Under the pieces are notes generated by a model. The model saw nothing but the letters and a program-made list of their open reading frames with translations, ran no database searches and was not told the origin of the DNA. The position numbers and the translations under genes are program-made. A DNA stretch of 64,000 nucleotides from Candidatus Eiseniibacteriota bacterium (lineage in GTDB: Bacteria > Eisenbacteria > RBG-16-71-46 > CAIMUX01 > VGJL01): positions 1-64,000 of the forward strand of contig CAWBWI010000006.1 of the NCBI GenBank assembly GCA_963792585.1, written 5' to 3'. Position 1 is the first letter of the stretch. Every line of letters begins with the position of its first letter. Shown here piece by piece: positions 1 to 9,370 of the stretch.

Positions 1-644
1 CACGACGAAGCCCGACGAATCGGCACAGATCACCGCCGAAGGCCCGTACCACGCCCAGCTGCTCGAGCGAGTCGCCATGGTCGATTTGGCGCACCAGGGA
101 TCGGTAGGAGAACACTGGGATCGGCTCGGCGTCCGGGGCGACGCACCTCCCCGGCCCCTGGCCAACTCGTCTCTGGAGCCAGATCATCTCCGCGCCTGCG
201 GCCGAGATGTCCCGCGTGCGGGAACTAGCCGTCGGGAAGTTCTCCCGGGGGCCGACTCGAGGCGATCACCAGATATCGATTCCCGGCAATGAGGCGCTTG
301 GGTTCCGGGCAGGCTTGCCCCCAGACAACTGTTCTACCCTGTGGATCGTACTTGCGCCCAGTGAGACCCCGGAGGACGAGCGTGTCCGGCGGGTCGCCCT
401 TCCAAATCTGGACCACGCGCAGTCGGTTGGTCAGCTCGGTCGTCGGGATCTCCGGCGTCGGTTCCGGCGCGGGAATGACCTCGATCGCGTCCGCGATACA
501 AACGATGTCGGTGGACTCATAGATTCTCTCGAAGGGAAGCCACATGACCGAGGCATGGGCGAGCGACGCGCAGGCGAATAGAAGGAGGCCTCCGAGGATC
601 CCCCCTGCCACCGCCCCGCGATTTTCGCCCCAGCCCCCGCTCAC
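1..644 (-). CDS. Secreted HEAT-repeat protein paralogue 3 (partial, runs off the window; frameshifted near 228 and near 30)
   Basis: GTG at 644 overlaps the TGA of the upstream paralogue (GTGA). Signal-like GGILGGLLLFACASLAHA, then WLPF..DIVCIADA..WKG..GNRYLVIAS as in the other two paralogues. After the apparent stop at 225 the homologous sequence (PIPVFSYRSLVRQIDHGDSLEQL..ADSSGFVV) continues in shifted frames. Confidence 0.75.
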
Positions 645-1738
645 GGCCCTGAGAGCACCTTCCGCGCCGCGGCAGCCACCGTCGAGTCCTGATCCGCGAG
701 GCAATTCTCCAATGCGGCCTTGATCTCGGGGTCTCTCGAGTACCCATGAAGTAGGTGGATCGCTTCGATCTGAACGATCGCCGCACTGTCGCGCAGCGCG
801 TTGACGTACTCGTGAGTGGGCGGGCCGGCATAGCCCGGCAGGAGTCGACGCAGCCGGACGAGTACGGCACGCCGAACTTCAGGATCCAGGTCTCTTCGCA
901 TCTCGAGAATGCGATTCTTGACGAATGGGATCTCTGGATAGGCGCTCACGTCCACAGCCGCAAGACGAGTGGCCGGATCACCATCCTTGAGCGCATCCAC
1001 GTATGCACGTCGAGCGAGAGTATCCAGTTCGGCCCATCTCGAGATCGCATTCCCCGCCGTGCGCCTCACTTCTACCGGATACCCGGAGCGCACCGCGTGA
1101 ACCAAAGCGGGAAGCACGACCCCGGACGAATCGCCCAGTTCTTGAAGGGCGTTGACCGCCGTCATCTGCGCTGGCGAGTCTCCCTCCTTGAGATCCTGCA
1201 TGAGGGATTGGTACGAGATGGATGGAGGCTCGGGGGCGCCCAGGAACGCACTTCGCCCGGGCCCGATGGTCCGCGCCAGAAGCAGCAGATCTGCCTTCCC
1301 ATTCTCGAGCTCTCGAGTGTGGGTGTGGGGCGACGGCAGATCGTTCCGGGCATAGCGCGAAGCAAACACGAGGTAGCGTCCGCCGGGAGTGAATCTCGCC
1401 CCTGTGTCGCCGGTGGTCCATTCCCCGTTGATGACGCGTCCTGCATTGCCGAGCAGGATCAACGTATCGGGAGGATTTCCCTTCCAGATGTGCAGGGGGC
1501 GCAGGCGAAACGTCCACGTCGTCCTCGGGATCTCCGCAGTCGCCTCGGGTGCCGGAACGAATTCGATCGCATCCGCCGTGCAGACAATGTCGCTCATCTC
1601 GAAGGCTTGGTCGAAAGGGAGCCAGACGGTTATCGCGGAGACAGCGTTCGCAAAGGAGAGTAGCAGGATCCCTCCGAGGATCCCCCCGGCCACCACGACC
1701 CGGCATTTGCCTCGCGCAGCGTTTATCACCGCCCTCAA
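641..1738 (-). CDS. Secreted protein: N-terminal OB/TIMP-like domain plus C-terminal HEAT repeats (paralogue 2)
   Basis: 365 aa ORF. TTG start overlaps the upstream TGA. Hydrophobic signal peptide; HEAT-like repeats (D-P-E-V-R-R-A, ALKDGDPATRLAAV, LADQDSTVAAAARKVL). Confidence 0.8.
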   Translation of the reverse strand: MRAVINAARGKCRVVVAGGILGGILLLSFANAVSAITVWLPFDQAFEMSDIVCTADAIEFVPAPEATAEIPRTTWTFRLRPLHIWKGNPPDTLILLGNAGRVINGEWTTGDTGARFTPGGRYLVFASRYARNDLPSPHTHTRELENGKADLLLLARTIGPGRSAFLGAPEPPSISYQSLMQDLKEGDSPAQMTAVNALQELGDSSGVVLPALVHAVRSGYPVEVRRTAGNAISRWAELDTLARRAYVDALKDGDPATRLAAVDVSAYPEIPFVKNRILEMRRDLDPEVRRAVLVRLRRLLPGYAGPPTHEYVNALRDSAAIVQIEAIHLLHGYSRDPEIKAALENCLADQDSTVAAAARKVLSGP

Positions 1739-2841
1739 CGATTCCTCTCCTGACGCTCGATCAGGTGCTTCGCCACCGCTACGATCGTGGAATCTGGATC
1801 CGTCAGGCGTGCCCGTACGGCCGCCTCGACCGCGGGATCAGCCATCCGCCTCTGGAACGCGCACACCGCTTCGAGCCGCGCGATTCCTGCGGTGTCATTC
1901 AGGGCCTCGAGGTATTCCCGTATGGGCGGTTGCTCACAGGAGAGGAGCCCCGCGCAGCCTCGAAGCGCCGCTGCTCGGACCTCGGGGACCGGATCCATGC
2001 GGAGCTCCAGAATCCGCCGCTGGAGATCATCGTTCGCGTAGGCATGGATCGTCGAGAGCCCCACTTGGAGTCGAACCTTGAAGTCATCGTCCTCCATTAG
2101 GCCGAGGAATGCTCCGCGCGCCGACTTGTTCGCAGCGGACCATCTCACGAGGGTCTCGCAGGCAAAGTCCCGCAATGAGGCGGGGCTCGACCGATGGACC
2201 GCCCGGACCAGCGCGGGCAAGACCACATCCGACGAGTCCTCCAGCTCCTTGAGGGCGCGTGCCGTTGCGAGCTGCGTCGACCCATCCCCTTCATCGAGAT
2301 CTCTAACCAAGGAACGATAGGTGACCGAGGGGATCGGAGCGATGTCGGTGGCAACGACACGGCCCGGCCCGATCTTCCGCTCGAGAAGCAACTGATCCGC
2401 CTTCGCGTAGAAGAGTGGGCGAGTGTGACTGTGCGCGTGGGGCAGGCCGCCGGTCTTCGGATACGAAGCGAAGACGATGTACCTCTTCCCGACCTCAAAG
2501 TGCCGCAGGGCATCGCCCCCGACGATCAACGATCCCTGGTGGGGACGGGATACGCGTCGGCCGGCCAAGATCAGGGAATCTGTTGGTTCTCCCTTCCATA
2601 CATGCAACGGCCTGAGGAGATCCATCGGTATCCACTCAGAACTCTCTGCGCTCGGATCAGGTGCTGGGATAGATGCGACGGCATCGGCGATACACACGAT
2701 GTCGCTCATCTCGAATGACTTGTCGAACGGCAACCATATTTCGCTGGCAGCAGCCACTGGCGGGCGAAGGAGAGCGACGGTGAGACTAAGGAGAAACCAA
2801 TCCCAACGGGGATTCCGCACGGCAGGTCGCCAACGCAGCAT
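1735..2841 (-). CDS. Secreted protein: N-terminal OB/TIMP-like domain plus HEAT repeats (paralogue 1)
   Basis: ORF is open to 2943; ATG 2841 gives a plausible signal peptide (..FLLSLTVALLRPPVAAA). Same WLPF/DIVCIADA/WKG/RYIVFAS motifs; HEAT repeats (DPVPEVRAAALRG, LTDPDSTIVAVAK). Confidence 0.8.
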   Translation of the reverse strand: MLRWRPAVRNPRWDWFLLSLTVALLRPPVAAASEIWLPFDKSFEMSDIVCIADAVASIPAPDPSAESSEWIPMDLLRPLHVWKGEPTDSLILAGRRVSRPHQGSLIVGGDALRHFEVGKRYIVFASYPKTGGLPHAHSHTRPLFYAKADQLLLERKIGPGRVVATDIAPIPSVTYRSLVRDLDEGDGSTQLATARALKELEDSSDVVLPALVRAVHRSSPASLRDFACETLVRWSAANKSARGAFLGLMEDDDFKVRLQVGLSTIHAYANDDLQRRILELRMDPVPEVRAAALRGCAGLLSCEQPPIREYLEALNDTAGIARLEAVCAFQRRMADPAVEAAVRARLTDPDSTIVAVAKHLIERQERNR

Positions 2842-3053
2842 CTTCCGCACCGGGCCCTCGCTCCCACCCATGATGGCATCCACCTGCCATCTCAACGTCG
2901 CCGGGTCAACCCCTGGGGAAGAGTCTAGACCTGCTCCCACCACGATGGCACATGTACTTTCGAGCGTGCGGACCCCGCCGAGGGATCACGCCAGTCTGCG
3001 TGCGGCCGGCGGCCGCCCGGTTGCGCCCCGGGCGACCACCACGTCCACACCTA

Positions 3054-5714
3054 CTATTGCACAACCACGATCCTTCCGCCCGTACGCATCCGGTTCGTGA
3101 CGAGATCGATGAAGTAAACGCCGGGCCCCACGCGCCGGCCGCCACTCGCCACGCCATCCCATTCGACCGTCTGGGGGCCGGCCTCCTGGAGTCCGTCCAC
3201 GAGCGTCGCGACACGCGCGCCGTTGGCATCGTGGATCGTGAGACGCACGCGCTCTTCCTGCGGCAACTCATAGCGAAGGACCGTCTTCGCGGTGAAGGGA
3301 TTCGGCGAGGATGCGATCTCGATCCCCCGCGCCCGGACCGGGCTCGCATCCGACACGTCGGCCGGCAGATCGGACCAGCGGGCCACCCCGATGGAAGGCT
3401 TCTCCCCCGCGTGCGCGAACACTCCCCCCACGTACAGATCCGACCCGACGACGGCCAGAGCATCGGCGGAGTTGTCGACGCCGGATCCTAGAGGGCTCCA
3501 CGATGTCCCGTTCCAGCGCGCAATGCCGTTCGCCGAGACGCCTCCGTCGGCCGTCGAGAAGTCTCCGGCGGCGATCAGATCGCCGTTGTACGTCCCCAGC
3601 GCGTAGATGAAGACCCAAGCGTAGCCGGAGAGGGTCGGGCCGGTCAGCCCTCCGCCCAGGGCGCTCCAGTTGGCTCCGTCCCAGGCGGCGATGTTGGCCG
3701 CGGCCACGTTGCCTGCATTGTCGAACTCGCCCGTCACGATGAGCTTGTTGTTCCAGACGGTCATCGCGACGGCCTGCGGATATGGGTATCCCGTGAGTCC
3801 GCCGCCGAGCGGGCTCCAGGCCGCACCGTTCCAGCGCGCGATCCGCACGGCCGGCTGGCCGCCTGCGTTCATGAAATAGCCGCCCACATAGAGGTCCCCG
3901 CCATAGGACGCCACGGTGTAGACGGGATCGTCGACGCCTCCGCCGAGAGCGCTCCAACTCGCGCCGTTCCAGAGGGCGACGAAGTTGACCGGCGTGTTGC
4001 CTGCCGTCCCGAACTCTCCCCCCGCGACGAGGTTTCCGTTCCATGCGGTGACGGAGTAGACCCAGCCGTTCAGTCCGCTCCCCAGCGCGCTCCAGCTCGA
4101 TCCGTCCCACCGGGCGATGCAGTTAGCCTGCACGCCCCCCGCGGTCGCGAATCCGCCGCCTGCGATGAGCGACCCATTCCAGATGCAGAGGGAACCGATT
4201 CCGAAGTCCGTGCCGCTGCCGAGAGGGTTCCAGTTCGTGCCGTCCCAGCGCGCGATGTTGTTCGCGGGCACGCCGCCTGCATTCGAGAAGGCTCCCGCGG
4301 CGATCAAGTTGTTGTTGTAGACCACGAGCGAGGAGATGTAATCGGGGACGCCCTGACCGAGGGCGCGATACGTCGTGCCGTTCCAGGTCGCGATGTTGTT
4401 CGCTCGGGTCGACCCGGCTTGCGCGAAGGAGCCGCCCAGGTAAAGAAGCCCGTTCCAAACCGTCAGGCCGTAGCCATAGGCGAATGACCCGCCGAGTCCC
4501 CCGCTCATCGCCGCCCAGGATGCGCCGTTCCACCGCGCCATCCCGTGCGCGACCACGCCCCCAACCTGCGTGAAGATTCCCGTGGCGATCAGATCGGTGC
4601 CGTAGACCGACAGCCCTTCGACGTAGTCATTCGCGCCACTCCCGAGCGGGCTCCACGCGGCACCGTTCCAGAGCGCGATGTTGTTCGCGGCAGCTCCGCC
4701 GGCCGAGAAGAACCAGCCCCCGACGACGAGGTTGCCGTTCCAGACGGTCGCGGCGTAAACCTCCACGCTGGCGCCCCCACCGATGCCGGTGCCGAACGCT
4801 GTCCACGCCGAACCGTTCCAGCTCGCGACGCAGGGGGCGGAGATGCCACCGGCATGCTTGAAGCGGCCCAACGCGACGACACGTCCGTTGTAGATGGTGA
4901 GGGCATTGACGACATTGTCCATCCCGCCGCCCATGTCGAACCAGGCGGAGCCGTTCCAGCGCGCGACGTAGGAGGCCCCGACGTTGCCGGCGATTCCGAA
5001 TGGACCTCCCGCGATCAGATCGGTGCCCATCGCGAGCAGCGCGTAGACGTTTCCGTAGATACCGTCGCCGAGGGTGCTCCAGTTCGATCCGTCCCAGAAG
5101 GCAATGTGATTGGCGGGCGCGTTGCCGGCGTTGTTGAAGCGGCCCCCCACCGCGAGCAACCCATTGTACGAAGCGAGGGCGTACACGTCGCTGTCGACGC
5201 CGTCGCCAAGGGCGCTCCACCCGCTCCCATCCCAGGCAGCGATGTTGCGTGCCGGGACGCCGCCGGCCTCCGAGAAGCCCCCACCGACATAGAGCCGCCC
5301 CGCGTGGATCGCAAACGCGTAGACGTAACCACCCTCATCGATGCCGCCGGGACAGAAACCGGATCCCCACTTCACGTCGTCCGGGACATCCGGCCGTTCG
5401 GCATCGCCGGCGCCCGTGGATGCGTGGACCCGCAGCTTCCCCGCGGAATCGAAGCTCGCTGATAGACCGGAGAGGTCAAGGGACCCCTCGATGTGCGATG
5501 CGCGGAGCTTCTCGAGATCCAGAGATCCGTCGGCCTGGATGAAGGGTCGGATCCCGATCAGCGGCGCCGGGCCGGCCGGAAGCCCGGCGTGGGCGATCGA
5601 TGCGGTGAGCCCAAAGATGGTGACGATGATCGACAGCAAGTAGACCGCGGATCGCCACCTCAACAGGTCGCGGTGGACTTTCAATCCAATACCGTTCGGA
5701 TGCAGCACGCTCAT
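3054..5714 (-). CDS. Secreted beta-propeller repeat protein with C-terminal FlgD-Ig-like domain
   Basis: AGGAGG RBS, signal peptide, 14 repeats of ~46 aa (GGxFxxAG..ANNIAxW[DN]GxxWSxLGxG), C-terminal PNPF..TIHDANGARVATL..WDG..GVYF. Confidence 0.9.
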   Translation of the reverse strand: MSVLHPNGIGLKVHRDLLRWRSAVYLLSIIVTIFGLTASIAHAGLPAGPAPLIGIRPFIQADGSLDLEKLRASHIEGSLDLSGLSASFDSAGKLRVHASTGAGDAERPDVPDDVKWGSGFCPGGIDEGGYVYAFAIHAGRLYVGGGFSEAGGVPARNIAAWDGSGWSALGDGVDSDVYALASYNGLLAVGGRFNNAGNAPANHIAFWDGSNWSTLGDGIYGNVYALLAMGTDLIAGGPFGIAGNVGASYVARWNGSAWFDMGGGMDNVVNALTIYNGRVVALGRFKHAGGISAPCVASWNGSAWTAFGTGIGGGASVEVYAATVWNGNLVVGGWFFSAGGAAANNIALWNGAAWSPLGSGANDYVEGLSVYGTDLIATGIFTQVGGVVAHGMARWNGASWAAMSGGLGGSFAYGYGLTVWNGLLYLGGSFAQAGSTRANNIATWNGTTYRALGQGVPDYISSLVVYNNNLIAAGAFSNAGGVPANNIARWDGTNWNPLGSGTDFGIGSLCIWNGSLIAGGGFATAGGVQANCIARWDGSSWSALGSGLNGWVYSVTAWNGNLVAGGEFGTAGNTPVNFVALWNGASWSALGGGVDDPVYTVASYGGDLYVGGYFMNAGGQPAVRIARWNGAAWSPLGGGLTGYPYPQAVAMTVWNNKLIVTGEFDNAGNVAAANIAAWDGANWSALGGGLTGPTLSGYAWVFIYALGTYNGDLIAAGDFSTADGGVSANGIARWNGTSWSPLGSGVDNSADALAVVGSDLYVGGVFAHAGEKPSIGVARWSDLPADVSDASPVRARGIEIASSPNPFTAKTVLRYELPQEERVRLTIHDANGARVATLVDGLQEAGPQTVEWDGVASGGRRVGPGVYFIDLVTNRMRTGGRIVVVQ

Positions 5715-5967
5715 GATGATCCCTCCTGCTCATGGAAAAGATGGTGGATCGAGCGGCCGCCTCGCCCCGCTGTGCGGCGTGGAAACGGGGTGGTTCGTCC
5801 TCGCCTCGAGGAACGAACGGCGGAATGTAGCGGGGGCGGGGGCGGTTGTCAAATGGATGGGGTGATTATTGCTCGGGGGTGGTTGGCAATGCTCGAGAGC
5901 CTCGCAACACCCCGCGCTGTAAATACATAGGGAGCATAGCGAGGTCCGCCGCGCCCCCGATCCGGCG

Positions 5968-6065
5968 GTTTGAGATCACAATCTGTGATCTCAAACGCCC
6001 CTCCTCGACGCGCGCTGGGCCGGTTCCTCCCCTGAACTTGATATCACAACCTGTGACATCAAGTT
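5968..6065. promoter_or_regulatory. Two related palindromes, TTGAnATCACA-N3-TGTGAynTCAA
   Basis: 5968-5996 gtttgagatcaca-atc-tgtgatctcaaac (perfect 13-bp arms) and 6035-6065 aacttgatatcaca-acc-tgtgacatcaagtt (14-bp arms, 1 mismatch). Function unknown. Confidence 0.6.
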
Positions 6066-6142
6066 TGTGACCTCCGGCGGGCGACAGCGCGGGACGCAGC
6101 CTATGGTCTTCGGAAGTACCGGTGACGGGGATTCACGCTTGG

Positions 6143-7564
6143 CTATCGCAGGCAGTTCAAGACGTCCGCCGCGGTGATCACTCGGTACGGGCGACGCCCC
6201 GCGGCGCGCCGGGGCGGGCCCTGCAATTCCGGAACGAACACAGCGTGAACAATGCGCTTATCGCGGGCCCAGGTCCCGTCCGGCAGACCCTTGGCCAGGA
6301 GAGCCCGACCGATTCGGTCGACCTCGGACTCGGAGACAGGCTTCTCCGACCATTTCACTTCGCCGAGAAGCAGGGCTTTCTCGTCGGGCGATGACGCCAC
6401 GATATCCCACTCAGGCCCGTTGCCCAGCCAGAAGCGGCGTGGAGGTCCCCATGGTGCGTCCTCCCCCAGCGTCGTTCGGGTCAGCCGAGTCACGGAAGCG
6501 CGGCACAGATCTTCCCAGGCCTCGGACACGAGCCGCGCGCGATGCCGTTGCCAGACCGCTGCCCGCACCGCTCGCCCACCCACCGCAAGCGTGGCACGTT
6601 GCGGCGCCACCACTCGGAACCACATCCGGATGAACGGATCGCCGATCTGGTACAGCGATCGCTTGCCCCCGCGGTCCGCAGCGCCGAACGGCTCCTCGCG
6701 CGCCAGAAGTCCGAGCTCCTGTAACCGGCTCAATTGGCGGGTGAGAGAAGTAGCGGGCACCCCGATCCGACCCGCGATCTCTGAAAGACGATGGGCACCG
6801 CCTCCGACAACATCGAGGATCGGCCGCAAACTCGTGGCCGGCGGAAGTTCCTCCACCAACAGGCGGTCCGGCTCCGCGTGCAGCGGGCCGTTCGGGTCCA
6901 GGACAAGAGCGTCGATCGCGGCGTCCGTGTCCATCCGGAACGGCTCCGCCAACTCCCAGTAGCGCGGAATCCCGCCCCAAGCTGTCCACGCCTCTATGCA
7001 TTGCGCCGGACGGTCCATCCCCAGCGCCTTCCCGATGTACCCGGCCGGCAGGGGTTGAAGCTCGAACGCTTCGCTTGCGCGGCCGAAGAGCGGAGAGCTC
7101 CGATCGAGCTGGAACCCCTGCATCATGTCCCGCGAAGAGCCGGCGAGAGCGACACAGAGTCTGGCCGTGCGGGCCTCGTGATCGATGAACCCTTGCAGGA
7201 CGCTGGGCAACTCCGGGCTCGCGGCCACCAGGTACGGAAGTTCGTCGATGACGAGGGGACCCCGCCACCGTGCATGCCCCGCTTGACGGGCCACGGCTCG
7301 CAACAGCGTGCGCCAGTCCGGGTACTCCGACTCGGCGAACCCATCGAGCACCGAGGAGAGGGAATTGGCGAAGTAACGCCTCTGCACAGACGCCGCCGAC
7401 TGATCGGCCAGCGTATAGATACCCTTCGTGCGCCGCACCCACTCCAGCATGAGCCGGGTCTTGCCGACCCGGCGGCGCCCCCAGAGGATGGCCAAGCCGC
7501 CGTCCTCGCGGGCTGACAGGCTGAGCAGGCGCCGCATCTCTTCTTCGCGGTCGAGGAACCTCAT
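6143..7564 (-). CDS. Archaeal-type AAA+ ATPase (ATPase_2) with wHTH and DUF234-like PD-(D/E)XK C-terminus
   Basis: N-terminal FLDREEE, Walker A GRRRVGKT, Walker B LVIDE, GGIPRY, DPFIRMWFR, C-terminal EWDIVA..LLGEVKW. Confidence 0.9.
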   Translation of the reverse strand: MRFLDREEEMRRLLSLSAREDGGLAILWGRRRVGKTRLMLEWVRRTKGIYTLADQSAASVQRRYFANSLSSVLDGFAESEYPDWRTLLRAVARQAGHARWRGPLVIDELPYLVAASPELPSVLQGFIDHEARTARLCVALAGSSRDMMQGFQLDRSSPLFGRASEAFELQPLPAGYIGKALGMDRPAQCIEAWTAWGGIPRYWELAEPFRMDTDAAIDALVLDPNGPLHAEPDRLLVEELPPATSLRPILDVVGGGAHRLSEIAGRIGVPATSLTRQLSRLQELGLLAREEPFGAADRGGKRSLYQIGDPFIRMWFRVVAPQRATLAVGGRAVRAAVWQRHRARLVSEAWEDLCRASVTRLTRTTLGEDAPWGPPRRFWLGNGPEWDIVASSPDEKALLLGEVKWSEKPVSESEVDRIGRALLAKGLPDGTWARDKRIVHAVFVPELQGPPRRAAGRRPYRVITAADVLNCLR

Positions 7565-7572
7565 GGGGTCTT

Positions 7573-7592
7573 ATTATGTACAGAATCATAAT
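7573..7592. promoter_or_regulatory. Palindrome ATTATG-N8-CATAAT immediately upstream of the minus-strand ATPase gene
   Basis: AT-rich dyad about 9 nt upstream of the ATG at 7564. Confidence 0.4.
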
Positions 7593-7731
7593 GCTGTCAC
7601 GCATCATGTGTCCGCTGGGCAAGGCACCGGACGAACGGGTGCGGCCACACTGGCGGCTCGATTGAAGGTCGACCCTTCGATCGGTCCTGGACGGTCATCG
7701 AGGAGGGGTTGGGGGATGTCGCGCCCTCGCA

Positions 7732-7790
7732 ATATTATCCTTGCTAGAAGGACTAATTGATCCGATATTATCCTTCTAGGAAGGATAAAT
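7732..7790. promoter_or_regulatory. Tandem operator-like palindromes TTATCCTT-N5-AAGGA(T/C)(A/T)A, 33 bp apart
   Basis: atattatccttgctagaaggactaat (7732-7757) and atattatccttctaggaaggataaat (7765-7790); the second abuts the ATG at 7791. Confidence 0.65.
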
Positions 7791-9104
7791 ATGCGCGACG
7801 TTCTCCGCCTCAAACTCACGGAAGCCCTGACCAGCCGCGTCCCAACTCTGACCCGCCGCGATGTGCGGCTCCCCGAGGTCAAAGGGAAGGCCGTCGCCGT
7901 GGTGGGGGTCCGTCGGAGCGGGAAGACCAGCTTCCTCTGGCAGTGCCTGGCCGATCGGTTGGCAGCAGGGACACCCCGCGAAGCGGCCGTCTTGCTGAGT
8001 CTGGAGGACGACCGGCTGGTCGGACTTCAGGCGGCGGATCTCTCCTGGTTGCTGGAGGAGTACTTCCAGCAGCACCCGGGTCTAAGGGACAAGCAACGGG
8101 TCGCGCTCTTCCTGGACGAGATCCAAGTCGTCGCGGGCTGGGAGTCCTTCGCGCGCCGCCTGATCGACACAGAGAAGGTCGACCTTTTTCTCTCAGGGTC
8201 TTCGGCGAAGCTCCTGAGCCGCGAGGTCGCGACCAGCATGCGGGGCCGCGCGCTCGAGGTCCTGGTCCACCCGTTCAGCTTCCGCGAGGTGCTCCGGCAC
8301 GAAGGCGTGGAACCTACGCGCACATGGGAGCGGCTTCCCAAGGCGGAGCGATCGAGGCTCGATCATCGCCTGCGGCGGTACCTGGTCGAAGGGGGTTTCC
8401 CGGAGACTCTCGGGGTCAGTGCGCGGGATCGGATTTCTCTCCTGCGATCGTATGTCGATGTCGTCGCCCTGCGCGATGTGATCGACCGGTATGCGGTCAC
8501 GAATCCGCTCGCCTTGCGCTGGATGCAGCGTCACCTCCTCGCCAATCCTGGAGGGCTGTTCAGCGTCCAGAAGTTCTACGACGCACTGCGGTCTCAGGGC
8601 GTATCCGTGGGCAAAGACACACTCCACACGTATCTTGGGTACCTCGAGGATGCATTCCTGGTGCGGACGGTGAGCCTGCACACGGCATCGGAGCGCCAGC
8701 GGATGGTCAATCCCCGGAAGGCATATCCGGTGGACCCGGGACTGATCCCGCTCTTCGAGCGAACGGGCCGCGCAAATCTCGGTCACGCGCTGGAGACCGT
8801 CGTTCTGCTCGAACTGGAGCGGCGCGGCTACGAAATCGCTTATGTGCGAACCGAGGACGGGGGGGAAGTTGACTTCCTGGCGGCCACCCATGGCTCTCCC
8901 ACGCTTCTCGTCCAGGTCTGCCTCGAGACGGGCGCCTCGGCGACGTGGGAACGAGAGGTTCGTGGACTCACCGCCGCTGCGGCCGAGCATCCGAAGACTA
9001 CCCCCCTCCTACTGACCATGGATTCGACCCCGCCGCGACCGGGCCTGCCAAAGTCCATTCGGTGGAGCCCCGCGGCAGCATGGATGCTGGAGACGCAGGA
9101 GTAG
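7791..9104 (+). CDS. AAA_14 ATPase with DUF4143 (PD-(D/E)XK-like) C-terminal domain
   Basis: Walker A GVRRSGKT, Walker B LFLDEIQ, SGSS, GGFPE, KAYPVDPGL, LETVV, EVDFL..LVQVC. Confidence 0.92.
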   Translation: MRDVLRLKLTEALTSRVPTLTRRDVRLPEVKGKAVAVVGVRRSGKTSFLWQCLADRLAAGTPREAAVLLSLEDDRLVGLQAADLSWLLEEYFQQHPGLRDKQRVALFLDEIQVVAGWESFARRLIDTEKVDLFLSGSSAKLLSREVATSMRGRALEVLVHPFSFREVLRHEGVEPTRTWERLPKAERSRLDHRLRRYLVEGGFPETLGVSARDRISLLRSYVDVVALRDVIDRYAVTNPLALRWMQRHLLANPGGLFSVQKFYDALRSQGVSVGKDTLHTYLGYLEDAFLVRTVSLHTASERQRMVNPRKAYPVDPGLIPLFERTGRANLGHALETVVLLELERRGYEIAYVRTEDGGEVDFLAATHGSPTLLVQVCLETGASATWEREVRGLTAAAAEHPKTTPLLLTMDSTPPRPGLPKSIRWSPAAAWMLETQE

Positions 9105-9370
9105 ACGAAGATCTGCACACCCGCACCTCGGCGCGGCGTGACTGTGCCGCTGCGCGGGCCTCCCGTCCGCATCTTCCGGGCCACTCCCCCGGGTCCAGCC
9201 TTCTGAGACTCACGGGACCCACGAAACAGGAGGTTTGCGTCCCTCATTTCGTGCAGAATCTCCATGTGCTCCCTGCCGCATCGGGACCGACGATCGCCGG
9301 GCGCTGAGGACCGCGAGTCCGCAGCTTGCGAGGCAATGAAGTGGGACCACCGGGGCCGGGCCGCCCTCCC

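Noticed and set aside
225..227. In-frame TAG as a stop-codon readthrough or pyrrolysine site
   Set aside because: Homology to the paralogues resumes in a different frame, so this is an indel and not recoding.
5968..6065. CRP/FNR binding sites
   Set aside because: The half-sites are in TCACA-N3-TGTGA orientation, not TGTGA-N6-TCACA.
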